This document shows, piece after piece, positions 27,766-36,742 of a DNA stretch of 53,108 nucleotides (within the stretch, counting starts at the first letter, position 1; each line of letters begins with the position of its first letter). A model generated the notes under the pieces. That model made no database searches and was not told the origin of the DNA. It saw only the letters and a list, made by a program, of their open reading frames with translations. This stretch comes from a virus (lineage: Duplodnaviria > Caudoviricetes). The position numbers were made by a program, and so were the translations under genes. The DNA lies in IMG/VR virus record IMGVR_UViG_3300008267_006330, positions 1-53,108 of that record. One strand, given 5' to 3'.

Positions 27766-28650
27766 ATGACTTCAGCAAAAATTTTATACCTGGCACGATA
27801 TCGTGTTCCTCATGCTATCATGAGCCTGCAACCAGAGTTTACCCGGCACCTTATTGGTGTGGATAGAACTTGTATTGCCAGCCCTGTACCCCGGGATGAA
27901 CTGTGGGCAGTGTTTGAACAGTACGGTGTGGACACATCAAACTTTGACTATGCACCAGATTCAGAAATTTATAGACTATACCCCGAAGTCAACAACTGGG
28001 TGTTTGACGGGGACTACAGAACATACTGGCTGCGCCAACAGGCCATCAAGTTTGCTTTCTTAGACATGCTGGATTACGATCTCATGATCATGCATGACTG
28101 CGATTGCTTGTTGATCCGAGACTATGAACCTTTCAAAAACGGCCGACTCAACTTCATGGTGTTGGAAAACGAACGTCACAGTTGGGGTTACTATGAAAGT
28201 ATCAAGAATGCCCTGGGCTTTGAACGACTGACACCACATTGCTTTATCAGTGAGTTTGTGCCTGTGCTGAAAAAAGACTTCAACGACCTTGTGAAATTTC
28301 TAGAAGACAAACACAAAAAGAAATGGCTAGATGCCATGATTGACTCATGCCCACCTGAGCCCACAGTTCCACCCTGGGGCAACGGCGAACTCATACGCTG
28401 GTTCTCAGAGTACGAGTTTATTGGCAACTGGGCCATGAGTCGCAATGACATCACCATGGAATTTCAACGACGTTATCACTACGATAGCATGGAAAAGATT
28501 GGTGACTTTGATCCCAACTACCATACCGCTGTGTGCGATGCTGTGCCTGACCTAAGATTCAGTTTGCAATACGACTGGGATAAAAAAGTAATCCCCCAGT
28601 TTGATTACTACATGGACAAGATACGTGAACGACTGGCTACAAAACGCTAA
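27766..28650 (+). CDS. DUF6492-like putative glycosyltransferase
   Basis: WLRQQAIK, HDCD and FSEYE motifs; paralog at 30989-31831. Confidence 0.55.
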   Translation: MTSAKILYLARYRVPHAIMSLQPEFTRHLIGVDRTCIASPVPRDELWAVFEQYGVDTSNFDYAPDSEIYRLYPEVNNWVFDGDYRTYWLRQQAIKFAFLDMLDYDLMIMHDCDCLLIRDYEPFKNGRLNFMVLENERHSWGYYESIKNALGFERLTPHCFISEFVPVLKKDFNDLVKFLEDKHKKKWLDAMIDSCPPEPTVPPWGNGELIRWFSEYEFIGNWAMSRNDITMEFQRRYHYDSMEKIGDFDPNYHTAVCDAVPDLRFSLQYDWDKKVIPQFDYYMDKIRERLATKR

Positions 28651-29689
28651 GGTATACAGCCCAGGGTACGATGCCACGCACTGGGGCTTTGCTCATTCAC
28701 AGGTGGTGGACATGGCCACGGCTTTGCAACAACCTGTCAAGATTGCGTCACTGCCGGTGTATTTCAACAGACCTGGAGAGTTCAGTTATCGTGCTGAATA
28801 TGCCAATATTGATCTTGATCAGTGGGATTTGATACTATTTGTCGATATTGAATTTCGCAGTCAAACTGAATTAGTTGCGTGGATTGATACTACTGGTGCT
28901 CAGCGTTGGCTGTTGAGCGTGGCAGGACTACATGCTGGCGAAACACTGCTGCCAAACGTGATCTACAAACCCGTGTGGAGTTTTAATTTTCTACACTGGT
29001 CCAAGCCGCGACAGGATTTTCCTTTGGACCGTGAATTCTTGTTTGAGTGCTTGTGCGGCGCAAGACGCAAACATAGAGATTATGTCATGCTGGGCATGGT
29101 ACAGTCTGGCCTGATTGATCGTTCAATTGTGACCTATAGAGATGTATTTGTAGGCGGCGACTGCACATCCACTCCACCTGATGTACAAGAACAATTTCCA
29201 GACCTTGCTGTGCCCTGGCCTTATGTGAGTCCAAATCTTGATCCTGCTTGGGAAGTGCGAGACACTCTTGATAATTCTGTCAGCGGGCTTGTGCCCTGGG
29301 AAATTTACAACCGCACCTGGTATTCTGTGCTGGTAGAAACGCTGGGGTACGGTACCACATTCTTGATGGAAGAAAAGATTGGCAAATGTCTTTTTGGACG
29401 AAGATTGTTTGTGCATTTTGGCCAGGCACACTGGATGAAAAAACTCAGAACATTTGGCTTCGAAACTTTTGATTCAGTGTTGGACGAAACCTACGACTCC
29501 TTGGACATCATTGATGTAGAACGTTACGCTGCTGCTTTTGATCAGGTCAAATGGTTATCTCAACAAAATCATGCCGCGCTACTGCAAAAAGTCCGACCCA
29601 TACTGGATCACAATCACGACCGATTGTATAGATTCAAGGCTGACATAGAAGCCAACATGAATCAACTGATACTGGGTTATTTAAAATAA
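28601..29689 (+). CDS. putative glycan-modifying protein (GT-B-like C-terminus); start uncertain
   Basis: VET...EEKIGKCL...GFETF...YD pattern; glyco-cluster context. Confidence 0.45.
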   Translation: MITTWTRYVNDWLQNAKVYSPGYDATHWGFAHSQVVDMATALQQPVKIASLPVYFNRPGEFSYRAEYANIDLDQWDLILFVDIEFRSQTELVAWIDTTGAQRWLLSVAGLHAGETLLPNVIYKPVWSFNFLHWSKPRQDFPLDREFLFECLCGARRKHRDYVMLGMVQSGLIDRSIVTYRDVFVGGDCTSTPPDVQEQFPDLAVPWPYVSPNLDPAWEVRDTLDNSVSGLVPWEIYNRTWYSVLVETLGYGTTFLMEEKIGKCLFGRRLFVHFGQAHWMKKLRTFGFETFDSVLDETYDSLDIIDVERYAAAFDQVKWLSQQNHAALLQKVRPILDHNHDRLYRFKADIEANMNQLILGYLK

Positions 29690-30483
29690 CGGCTCCAGAT
29701 TTGGTACAAGTGTTCTGCTATGAGTACTTGACCTCGGGGGCTTGAATGATATCCAGGATCTTCGCCCACAAACGGATTATTGCCACATATGGCCTGAGGT
29801 GACTTTGCAGGGTCCAGGTTGATATAGTGATCAGGAATCAGCGCAGGAAATGCCGCTCTCCATTGTGATTGATTGTCAGGATCAAACGGCCACAGCAGAT
29901 TTGGGCATACAATGAATTTTATTCCATCCAGATACATCATAATCGTGCCTTCTCGCATGATCCATTCATCACATTGTTTCTTCCAGGCATTGTCGTAGAT
30001 TGAATCAATCCAGTGTCGCACACCTGTTTGTGCTTGCTTGGTAATACGTGCCATTCTATAAGGATGATCAAAGTTTTCAGCCAGTGTAAAAATAGTTTCA
30101 CAAATCATGTTGGATGGTTCCCGACCGTAGTTTACATTACGGATGCCATCTTTTCTATCATAGCCAATGCCTAGATTGCGATTTTGTAGGTGCCGCTCCA
30201 AGGGAGGGTTCTCTCCTGAGCTGGGTGCTTGTGACCAATCATAGGGTGCCGAGTTGGCGGGAATTTCCATGCGATCCCAAAATGTCGGAGTGATAACAGC
30301 AAAGTCTGGACGCTGTCTACGTATCTCGTCAATTTGAATACGAATGCCGCCATTTGAACAACCTTGACGTGCTAGATTGGTCAGTTGCCATCCTAGTTTT
30401 TTGGCCAATACTTCTGACCAAGCAGTGCCTGGGTGTTTTTGTGACACTGCTGAAAATGAACATCCTGCTACCATTAAGTGCAT
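29677..30483 (-). CDS. SGNH-hydrolase-like protein
   Basis: AGCSFS, QGCSNG, DPGYHS. Confidence 0.6.
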   Translation of the reverse strand: MHLMVAGCSFSAVSQKHPGTAWSEVLAKKLGWQLTNLARQGCSNGGIRIQIDEIRRQRPDFAVITPTFWDRMEIPANSAPYDWSQAPSSGENPPLERHLQNRNLGIGYDRKDGIRNVNYGREPSNMICETIFTLAENFDHPYRMARITKQAQTGVRHWIDSIYDNAWKKQCDEWIMREGTIMMYLDGIKFIVCPNLLWPFDPDNQSQWRAAFPALIPDHYINLDPAKSPQAICGNNPFVGEDPGYHSSPRGQVLIAEHLYQIWSRYFK

Positions 30484-30992
30484 TGTGGTTCCTTGTAACT
30501 GTTACTGTGTATGATGCTGTGAAAGCCAGCTACTATTGCACCATGTTGTGGCAATTCGTCTAGTGTATACGTACCTGAGGGAATTGAATATTCTGTTGTG
30601 CCTTCCCCGGGTCTTGCAAACGTGACCAACCTGGCATGGTCACGAGCACAATCATGCACAAACACATGATGAATGTGTCCGTAATCTCCGTGTGCATCGT
30701 GTGTTAGCACTAGATCATATGACTGGATGATGTTGCCAATTTCTCTACGTGCCTGTTCCTCGTCAAAACTTATTTGTTTGTTTTCATTGTCTAGATAGTC
30801 GTCTTGATAGCCCAGGAATACGCATGGAATACCACGCCGAGCCCAAAACTCTTTGACTTCACGGCCACGAGGTTGCCATTCAGTATAGGTCAAGTAACAT
30901 ATATGCCATTGCATTTCTGGATGATGATGAATGTAGCTGTAACCAAAGATCACACAATCATCCGGATGGGCTACTAAACATAATGCTTTCAT
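30474..30992 (-). CDS. PIG-L/LmbE-family de-N-acetylase
   Basis: VAHPDD and GDYGHIHH motifs. Confidence 0.8.
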   Translation of the reverse strand: MKALCLVAHPDDCVIFGYSYIHHHPEMQWHICYLTYTEWQPRGREVKEFWARRGIPCVFLGYQDDYLDNENKQISFDEEQARREIGNIIQSYDLVLTHDAHGDYGHIHHVFVHDCARDHARLVTFARPGEGTTEYSIPSGTYTLDELPQHGAIVAGFHSIIHSNSYKEPQCT

Positions 30993-31831
30993 GGCAATTC
31001 CCATGCGTTGATAATCTGCCGATCAATTAGAAAATATTGATACGCTTGTTTTTGATCTTCATTGAGTTGGGCCCAGGCCTTGCGATGAACACTTACTGTG
31101 AGCGGATTGTTGTTTTTCATTTCTTCAAGTTTACGCTCGTACTGCTCAACTTGGGTGTGGCAAACATTCACAACGCCAAAACTACACTCGGGATTGTAGA
31201 AAGTTTCAAAGCCGCCAAATCTATACTGTAAGTATCCTGAGTACAGCATGAACTCTGTGATACGCCCTTTGCCCTGAAACCAAAGTGGAAACTTCTGCTT
31301 GACCCGGAATGTAGTGTCGGCTATCATGAGTCGCACCACATCATTTTGAAAAAAGAATGGCACACCACCTGGACCCAGTTGTTTTTTTAGGTCAATGTCG
31401 TAGGTTTGATTCACCATGAGTCTAGTAGGTTCGAACACAGGATAGATATCTAGTGTGCCAACTCGCACACGACCTTGTTCGTCAATGAGATCTTTCAGTT
31501 CCAGTTCTTTAACAAAAATGGTTTTGGCATCCAGCACCATGGTCCACGTATTATAGCTCATGCTGGCAGCCAGAAGTTTTAGTGCCTGCTGACTGACCCA
31601 ACCATCTTCAACAAACAATGTGCTAAATGCCGAGCGTGGCACAACCAACACATGATTGGCTGCGGCACCCCACCACCCGGCGTCAATTTGGTGTATAGTA
31701 TCATCGTCATCGTTGACAATTACATAGATGTTGCGTATGCCAATATTTCGGCAGTAGCGTTCTATGCTTTGGGCCTGTAATTTGAGTGTTGGTAGTTCGT
31801 CTCGGAACACCACTGTTGCAATGTCTATCAT
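30989..31831 (-). CDS. DUF6492-like putative glycosyltransferase
   Basis: GWVSQQALKL, LDAK, TEFMLY. Confidence 0.55.
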   Translation of the reverse strand: MIDIATVVFRDELPTLKLQAQSIERYCRNIGIRNIYVIVNDDDDTIHQIDAGWWGAAANHVLVVPRSAFSTLFVEDGWVSQQALKLLAASMSYNTWTMVLDAKTIFVKELELKDLIDEQGRVRVGTLDIYPVFEPTRLMVNQTYDIDLKKQLGPGGVPFFFQNDVVRLMIADTTFRVKQKFPLWFQGKGRITEFMLYSGYLQYRFGGFETFYNPECSFGVVNVCHTQVEQYERKLEEMKNNNPLTVSVHRKAWAQLNEDQKQAYQYFLIDRQIINAWELP

Positions 31832-31859
31832 GCAGTTATGTATCAGTGATTACTGACAG

Positions 31860-32084
31860 TTATGCAATTTGTACCACGTTAGTAATTACCGAATCTCGGC
31901 CGTACTGTGCCATTAGCAATTGGCGTGCCATAAGTGAGTTTTTGGCAAATATAGCCACGTCCATGCTGTTTGAGTACAGCTCGTTTTTGACTTTAACTCT
32001 GGCCTGGTACACATGGAATCCAGGTGCTACTGATTCCTTTAGGTTGTACTGTGAGCCTTGTGTTTTGTTTCCGTATGGTATCAT
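31860..32084 (-). CDS. hypothetical protein
   Basis: Start MIPYGNK just after the upstream stop; contains NLKE site. Confidence 0.6.
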   Translation of the reverse strand: MIPYGNKTQGSQYNLKESVAPGFHVYQARVKVKNELYSNSMDVAIFAKNSLMARQLLMAQYGRDSVITNVVQIA

Positions 32085-32088
32085 AAAT

Positions 32089-32517
32089 TTAGTCAGCCTT
32101 TTTGCCTTTGTCTTTTTCAGTGACAGGACCGCCTGTGATCCAGGCCTTGCATGACCGTGAGCCAGCGCATTTAAAGTGTAGGAAATTACAATAGCCAAGG
32201 TCCGCCAAGTTGATACTGGCGTTGGCGTCTACACTAGGTTCATCTCCCTTGATACCGTTCGCTATACATTCTCTCATGCTGTCACTCACGTCAAATGCTC
32301 CGCAGTTGCCACACAGCATGGTTCGAGCAGTGGCCACTGAGACTTTGAATATTTTAGAACTCTTGCTCCAATAATCTTCAGCACGTTCAGGATTGGCAGG
32401 ACCATAGTGATAGTCATCAATGGCCTTTTGACGATTTTTCAAATTAACATCTATATCGTGGGTTGCTGTGGGACAACCTTTTTCGATTGCTTCCAGTAGA
32501 TTGATATAGTTTCTCAT
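32089..32517 (-). CDS. Cys-rich metal-binding protein (HiPIP-like Cys spacing)
   Basis: CGNC...GYC...KC...SCKAW; N-terminus MRNYINLLE. Confidence 0.5.
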   Translation of the reverse strand: MRNYINLLEAIEKGCPTATHDIDVNLKNRQKAIDDYHYGPANPERAEDYWSKSSKIFKVSVATARTMLCGNCGAFDVSDSMRECIANGIKGDEPSVDANASINLADLGYCNFLHFKCAGSRSCKAWITGGPVTEKDKGKKAD

Positions 32518-34181
32518 TTTTTGTTTGCCTTTGCTCTACCGGCCTTCATGTTGGCCATCCAGTGTGCCAATTGACCTTTACGGCCGCCTTGCTTGGCCAC
32601 CTTGCGTAGTGTACTTACCGATGCTTTTGTGGGTACGCCATATCTTTTGCTGTCGCCTTTGTCTTGTGGGTTACGTCCATCAGCAAAGTTTTCCCAAACG
32701 TTTTCTTCTCCACGGTTCTTACGCCAAAATCCAGCACCAGCATCTGTTTGCTGACCACTACGGCGTATCTTGTAGCCCTTGCTTTTTACATAGTCATACA
32801 TGGCAGCCGCAATACCTTGCCCTTGAAAGCGTTCTTCCACTTCCAGGTCTTGTGGCATTAGATATTCGCCATCTTCCACAAACAACACATGTCCCAGTTC
32901 TCTCCCACCCGCAGTGGCTCGTACCATGATTTCGTCACCTTCTACTTCCATGGAGATGCTTGTTAGAGTATAAGTTGCACCACCTAGCACATCTTTTCTT
33001 GTCAAATCGTAACCAGTACCGCTGATATAGCGTTGAATCATTCTATCATACAGTCGAGCTCTACTGCCTGTGGGGTCGTCTTCTTTTTCTGCGCTGAAAT
33101 TCAACATTGCTGGCTTACGCTTGGCAATGAATTGTTGCATGGCAGTCAACACTGTGGCAAACACTCGAGGAGCATCACCCTCTCCGGTGATCTCCATGTT
33201 TTCATCACGCTCGAATTCTACCATCCACTGGTTGTCGCCTTGAGACATAAACAACACGATCAGTTCACTGCCGTCATCCAAGTCGGCTGTGGCGTGCCAG
33301 TCACCATTTTGTTTGGTCCACTGAATGGCGTAGGGTTGGTCAAATGCTTCTGTCACACCTGATTTCTTAACTGGTTTCCAGTGGAACACAGTCATGCCCA
33401 TACTAGGGTATTCTTCGTGCTGCCACTTTGCACCCAGGATGTTCTGTATCACAGGAACAAAATACTTGCGATACAAACTAGTGCGATTGTCCTGCTTACT
33501 GGTAAACGATATAGCCGGAGGACGAGCCTTGGCCATGTACTCTGGCAGTTGTTTTTTAACAATGTTAAGAACTGTGCTCAATATCTTTACTGTGCTTTTA
33601 CTAGCTGATGTAGGTTGTTCAGGTGCATCATAGTCACCATTCACTGCAAATGTAATGTGCAAGGTGCCATTGAATTCACTGCGGTCAAAGAACACATCTA
33701 CCCATTGCCCATCTACTGTGGCATGAAACAGACTGCGAGATCTTTTGCGATTGGGTTTGTAGTCGGCAGGTGCATTGCCTAGTTCATTGAGTTGACTAGC
33801 AGGAACCCAGGCCCGGATAGTTGATCGGTTCAACAATTCTGATGCGGCCCAAGCTCTGTGGTTGCCATCTATAATCCAACCTTCACTATCTACCACAATG
33901 GGTCGACGATCCACAAAGTTTGCGCTGTATTCGCCAGCGTGATCAGGATCTATAGCCTGTACTCGATTGTACGGATCCGCTTCGGGTTCTTGTTCTTCAT
34001 CGTCATACTCTTGATCAGGAATGTGTAAACTGCTGACAGGCACAGATCGCAATTCCCAACGTGGATAGCTCAATACTGCCTGTTGTAATTGCTTGGTCAG
34101 AGGTTCATGATGGGTGCCATGAATATAATCTAGCACCTGTTGGCCATCAGCATCTTCTCTAACAAACTCTCTTGCTCTCAT
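32514..34181 (-). CDS. modular polyprotein: ParB/Srx-like, two unknown modules, GNAT acetyltransferase, basic tail
   Basis: MRAREFVRE start; IIDGNHR; FQGQGIAAAMY; modules separated by QLNE, GVTE and VWE. Confidence 0.75.
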   Translation of the reverse strand: MRAREFVREDADGQQVLDYIHGTHHEPLTKQLQQAVLSYPRWELRSVPVSSLHIPDQEYDDEEQEPEADPYNRVQAIDPDHAGEYSANFVDRRPIVVDSEGWIIDGNHRAWAASELLNRSTIRAWVPASQLNELGNAPADYKPNRKRSRSLFHATVDGQWVDVFFDRSEFNGTLHITFAVNGDYDAPEQPTSASKSTVKILSTVLNIVKKQLPEYMAKARPPAISFTSKQDNRTSLYRKYFVPVIQNILGAKWQHEEYPSMGMTVFHWKPVKKSGVTEAFDQPYAIQWTKQNGDWHATADLDDGSELIVLFMSQGDNQWMVEFERDENMEITGEGDAPRVFATVLTAMQQFIAKRKPAMLNFSAEKEDDPTGSRARLYDRMIQRYISGTGYDLTRKDVLGGATYTLTSISMEVEGDEIMVRATAGGRELGHVLFVEDGEYLMPQDLEVEERFQGQGIAAAMYDYVKSKGYKIRRSGQQTDAGAGFWRKNRGEENVWENFADGRNPQDKGDSKRYGVPTKASVSTLRKVAKQGGRKGQLAHWMANMKAGRAKANKK

Positions 34182-34344
34182 TGTTGCTTTTCCAAATGCT
34201 GTTTAACTTGTTGCAAACCCTCTTGATCCAAATCATCTAAATGCTCTTTGCCAGTCAAGCGTTTGGTAAGTTGAAGTATCCCCCAAGGCCGCGAGATTTT
34301 TTACTGCGTTTTTTGCGTTCGATGGTAAATTCTTGTGCTCTCAT
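34178..34344 (-). pseudogene. remnant of a MRAQEF-type gene with an internal frameshifting deletion
   Basis: MRAQEFTIERKKR...GGYF in one frame and QLTKRLTGKEHLDD...KQQ* in another; ATGA overlaps at both ends. Confidence 0.6.
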
Positions 34345-36716
34345 ATCATCACCGGCAACACTTCAACATTGGCACCGTCTACAGGTGATAACGATCCTTG
34401 ACGAATTTGATCCAGGATCCAGGTTTGGGCAATGCGGTTTGCATCTGCTTGATTGTTGCCCACACCACGGAAACGCCACACTTCTTCACCGTCGATCATG
34501 ACTTTCCACTGTCCACTAAAACTATTGCCTGCAGGAGCCGAACTGGCCTGTGGGAAGTTCTGTTCTATGTCCAGGGGTATTTCAGGAATGTCATCTTGCT
34601 GTGCTGCTTGAGCACGTTGACGTTGTAGGTCTAGAGTGGATCCAGGCCTTGCAATTTCTCTAAAGCCGTAGTCTTCAGTGTTGGCAGGTAAACCTTGCGC
34701 AGCCAACCAGCGATCGAATTTTCGTGCGGCTTCAGCTGGTGTGTTGGCTATGAATACAAATCTTCTTTGCGGTGGGTTGGATCCACGATACACAATTTCA
34801 TAGTTAGCATCGGCTGTTTGACTGCCCCACCCTAAACGATTTTCTATGTCTGTTTGACTAGTATCTGTGCCGCTTTGTGAAGCAGGTTGTCCAAGAGTTT
34901 GGTTAGGATCAAACTTGTAATTCCATAACATTTGTCCTGGATTGGCCTGAATCCATTGGCGTAGTACTAGCAAAGCGTCTTCGGCGCCAACAGCCATATA
35001 ACGATACACTGGCTTTGTTTCGTCAGTCATATCTACAATCACATAGTTGCCATCGGGGTTGCTTGGGCGGCCGTTGAGTGTTGGACCTGATGCCGCTTGA
35101 GTTGTTTCAGGTTCTTGATATGGACGCAGAGGTTTAGCAGTCATGTCCTGAGCACTGGCCCAGTCTGGATACTCTTGTTTGCCTTTGGCAATGGCTTCTT
35201 CTTTGTTAGAAGCTACAACTTCCGCACTAGCACCGTAGCCAGGTCTGCCCACGCTCCACCAATATTTCTTGCCTTCAGTATCGCCCTTTTTCAATTTACG
35301 TTCCAGTCTTGCTTGTTTGACAAAACTACGCAATGCGGCAGCAGGAATCTTGCCTGCCACATAGTCACTAAAATATTTAATAGTGTCATCGCCTTCGTTG
35401 TTTTCACTCAACAACTTGTACAGCTTGGTCAAGTATTCTTGACGATATGCATCAGGATTCAGTGCCGCACTCATGGCCACGGTGAAACGTAGTAGAGTGT
35501 TTTCAATCTTGTCAAAGTTGTCATCGAGCCAGTCGCCTCCAGGCGAGCGGAATTCAATGTGTCCATCCTTGGTGTTGATACTTGTATACTTGCTGGTCGA
35601 GCCTGAGTGTATGGCCTTGGTAGCCAGTTGATCTAGGTTGCCTTTCATTTTGTCCAGCAGTCTGGCGGCATCTTCAGGTTTGTTACGCACAGCATCTTTG
35701 ATAATGCCCAAGGCTGACTTGGCATAGGTGTTACCTGTACGACCAAATGCTTCCAGCACATACTGATCGCCCATGAGCAAGGCCAACTTAACAAAGTCTA
35801 AGTTTTCTCTGCTGTAGTCGGGCACAGAGATGTTGATATGCAGGCCTGTTGAATCATTGGTATAGCAACCATATTCTCGGGCCCAGGCCTTGACTTTGTT
35901 TAAATCACTGAGTATTTCATCTATAGGCAAGGGTGGGCTCACAAATTCTAGGCCACGGTCGCCGGGATTGTCGCCGTCTAAACTGCCATCGGGTTCTACA
36001 ATGTAGCGTTGGTTGGCAACACTGGGTCTCAGTGTACCACTTGAATGATAGTCGTTACTGGCCCAGGTGTCACGACCTATGGCATTTTCAAATTCTTGTG
36101 CCACATCAGAAATTTCAGCTTCGCCACCGCCGCCGCTGGTCCAGTGTGGCCAACTCATGCTGTATGCGTTTTCAACACCACTCATGAGATCTAGGTCTTG
36201 GTCGTCTAACCAGTCACTTTCGTCATAACTGCCTTCATTTTCTTCGCGGAACTCATCAAAAGCATCACTGCTGCCAGGATCAGCATGCATACTGGCGATG
36301 AAGACCTCTAGAGCTTCAGTGCGAGCCTCACCCTCCAAGTCGTCGGGATTCCATTCAGATTCGTCTACGTTATTAGGTACCCATTCTTCTAGGTATTCTT
36401 CGCCACCGCGTTCCCAGTCTCGATATATTTTGTCATCCAGCCATTCCTGGAAATCATTCTGCATTTTTTCACGTAGACGCTCGACTTCTCTACGGCCATT
36501 GTAGTCGCCGTCATGGAAGAAATTCACAGCATCTTCAATACTACGGCAACGCTCGTCGTATTCATAGTCAGGTTCCAAGTCACCGTCATCACCGCCTTCC
36601 ACATTGGGCACGATCATTTCAAATTCCATACCGGCTATGGCACCGGTCTTAGCCGCTTCTCGACGCAGGCTACTGGGGCTCATGTTGATTTCAAACAGGT
36701 CTTGTTCTTCAAACAA
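34341..36716 (-). CDS. putative amidoligase (COOH-NH2 ligase) with acidic insert and C-terminal repeats; likely the 3' part of the upstream gene
   Basis: GMEFE, DGSL, GLEFVSP, STGLHINIS, KYTSIN, IEFRSPGG; no RBS, frame open back to about 36745. Confidence 0.75.
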   Translation of the reverse strand: MFEEQDLFEINMSPSSLRREAAKTGAIAGMEFEMIVPNVEGGDDGDLEPDYEYDERCRSIEDAVNFFHDGDYNGRREVERLREKMQNDFQEWLDDKIYRDWERGGEEYLEEWVPNNVDESEWNPDDLEGEARTEALEVFIASMHADPGSSDAFDEFREENEGSYDESDWLDDQDLDLMSGVENAYSMSWPHWTSGGGGEAEISDVAQEFENAIGRDTWASNDYHSSGTLRPSVANQRYIVEPDGSLDGDNPGDRGLEFVSPPLPIDEILSDLNKVKAWAREYGCYTNDSTGLHINISVPDYSRENLDFVKLALLMGDQYVLEAFGRTGNTYAKSALGIIKDAVRNKPEDAARLLDKMKGNLDQLATKAIHSGSTSKYTSINTKDGHIEFRSPGGDWLDDNFDKIENTLLRFTVAMSAALNPDAYRQEYLTKLYKLLSENNEGDDTIKYFSDYVAGKIPAAALRSFVKQARLERKLKKGDTEGKKYWWSVGRPGYGASAEVVASNKEEAIAKGKQEYPDWASAQDMTAKPLRPYQEPETTQAASGPTLNGRPSNPDGNYVIVDMTDETKPVYRYMAVGAEDALLVLRQWIQANPGQMLWNYKFDPNQTLGQPASQSGTDTSQTDIENRLGWGSQTADANYEIVYRGSNPPQRRFVFIANTPAEAARKFDRWLAAQGLPANTEDYGFREIARPGSTLDLQRQRAQAAQQDDIPEIPLDIEQNFPQASSAPAGNSFSGQWKVMIDGEEVWRFRGVGNNQADANRIAQTWILDQIRQGSLSPVDGANVEVLPVMI

Positions 36717-36742
36717 TGACAGTTCTTGTCGCAGGCTTTCTG

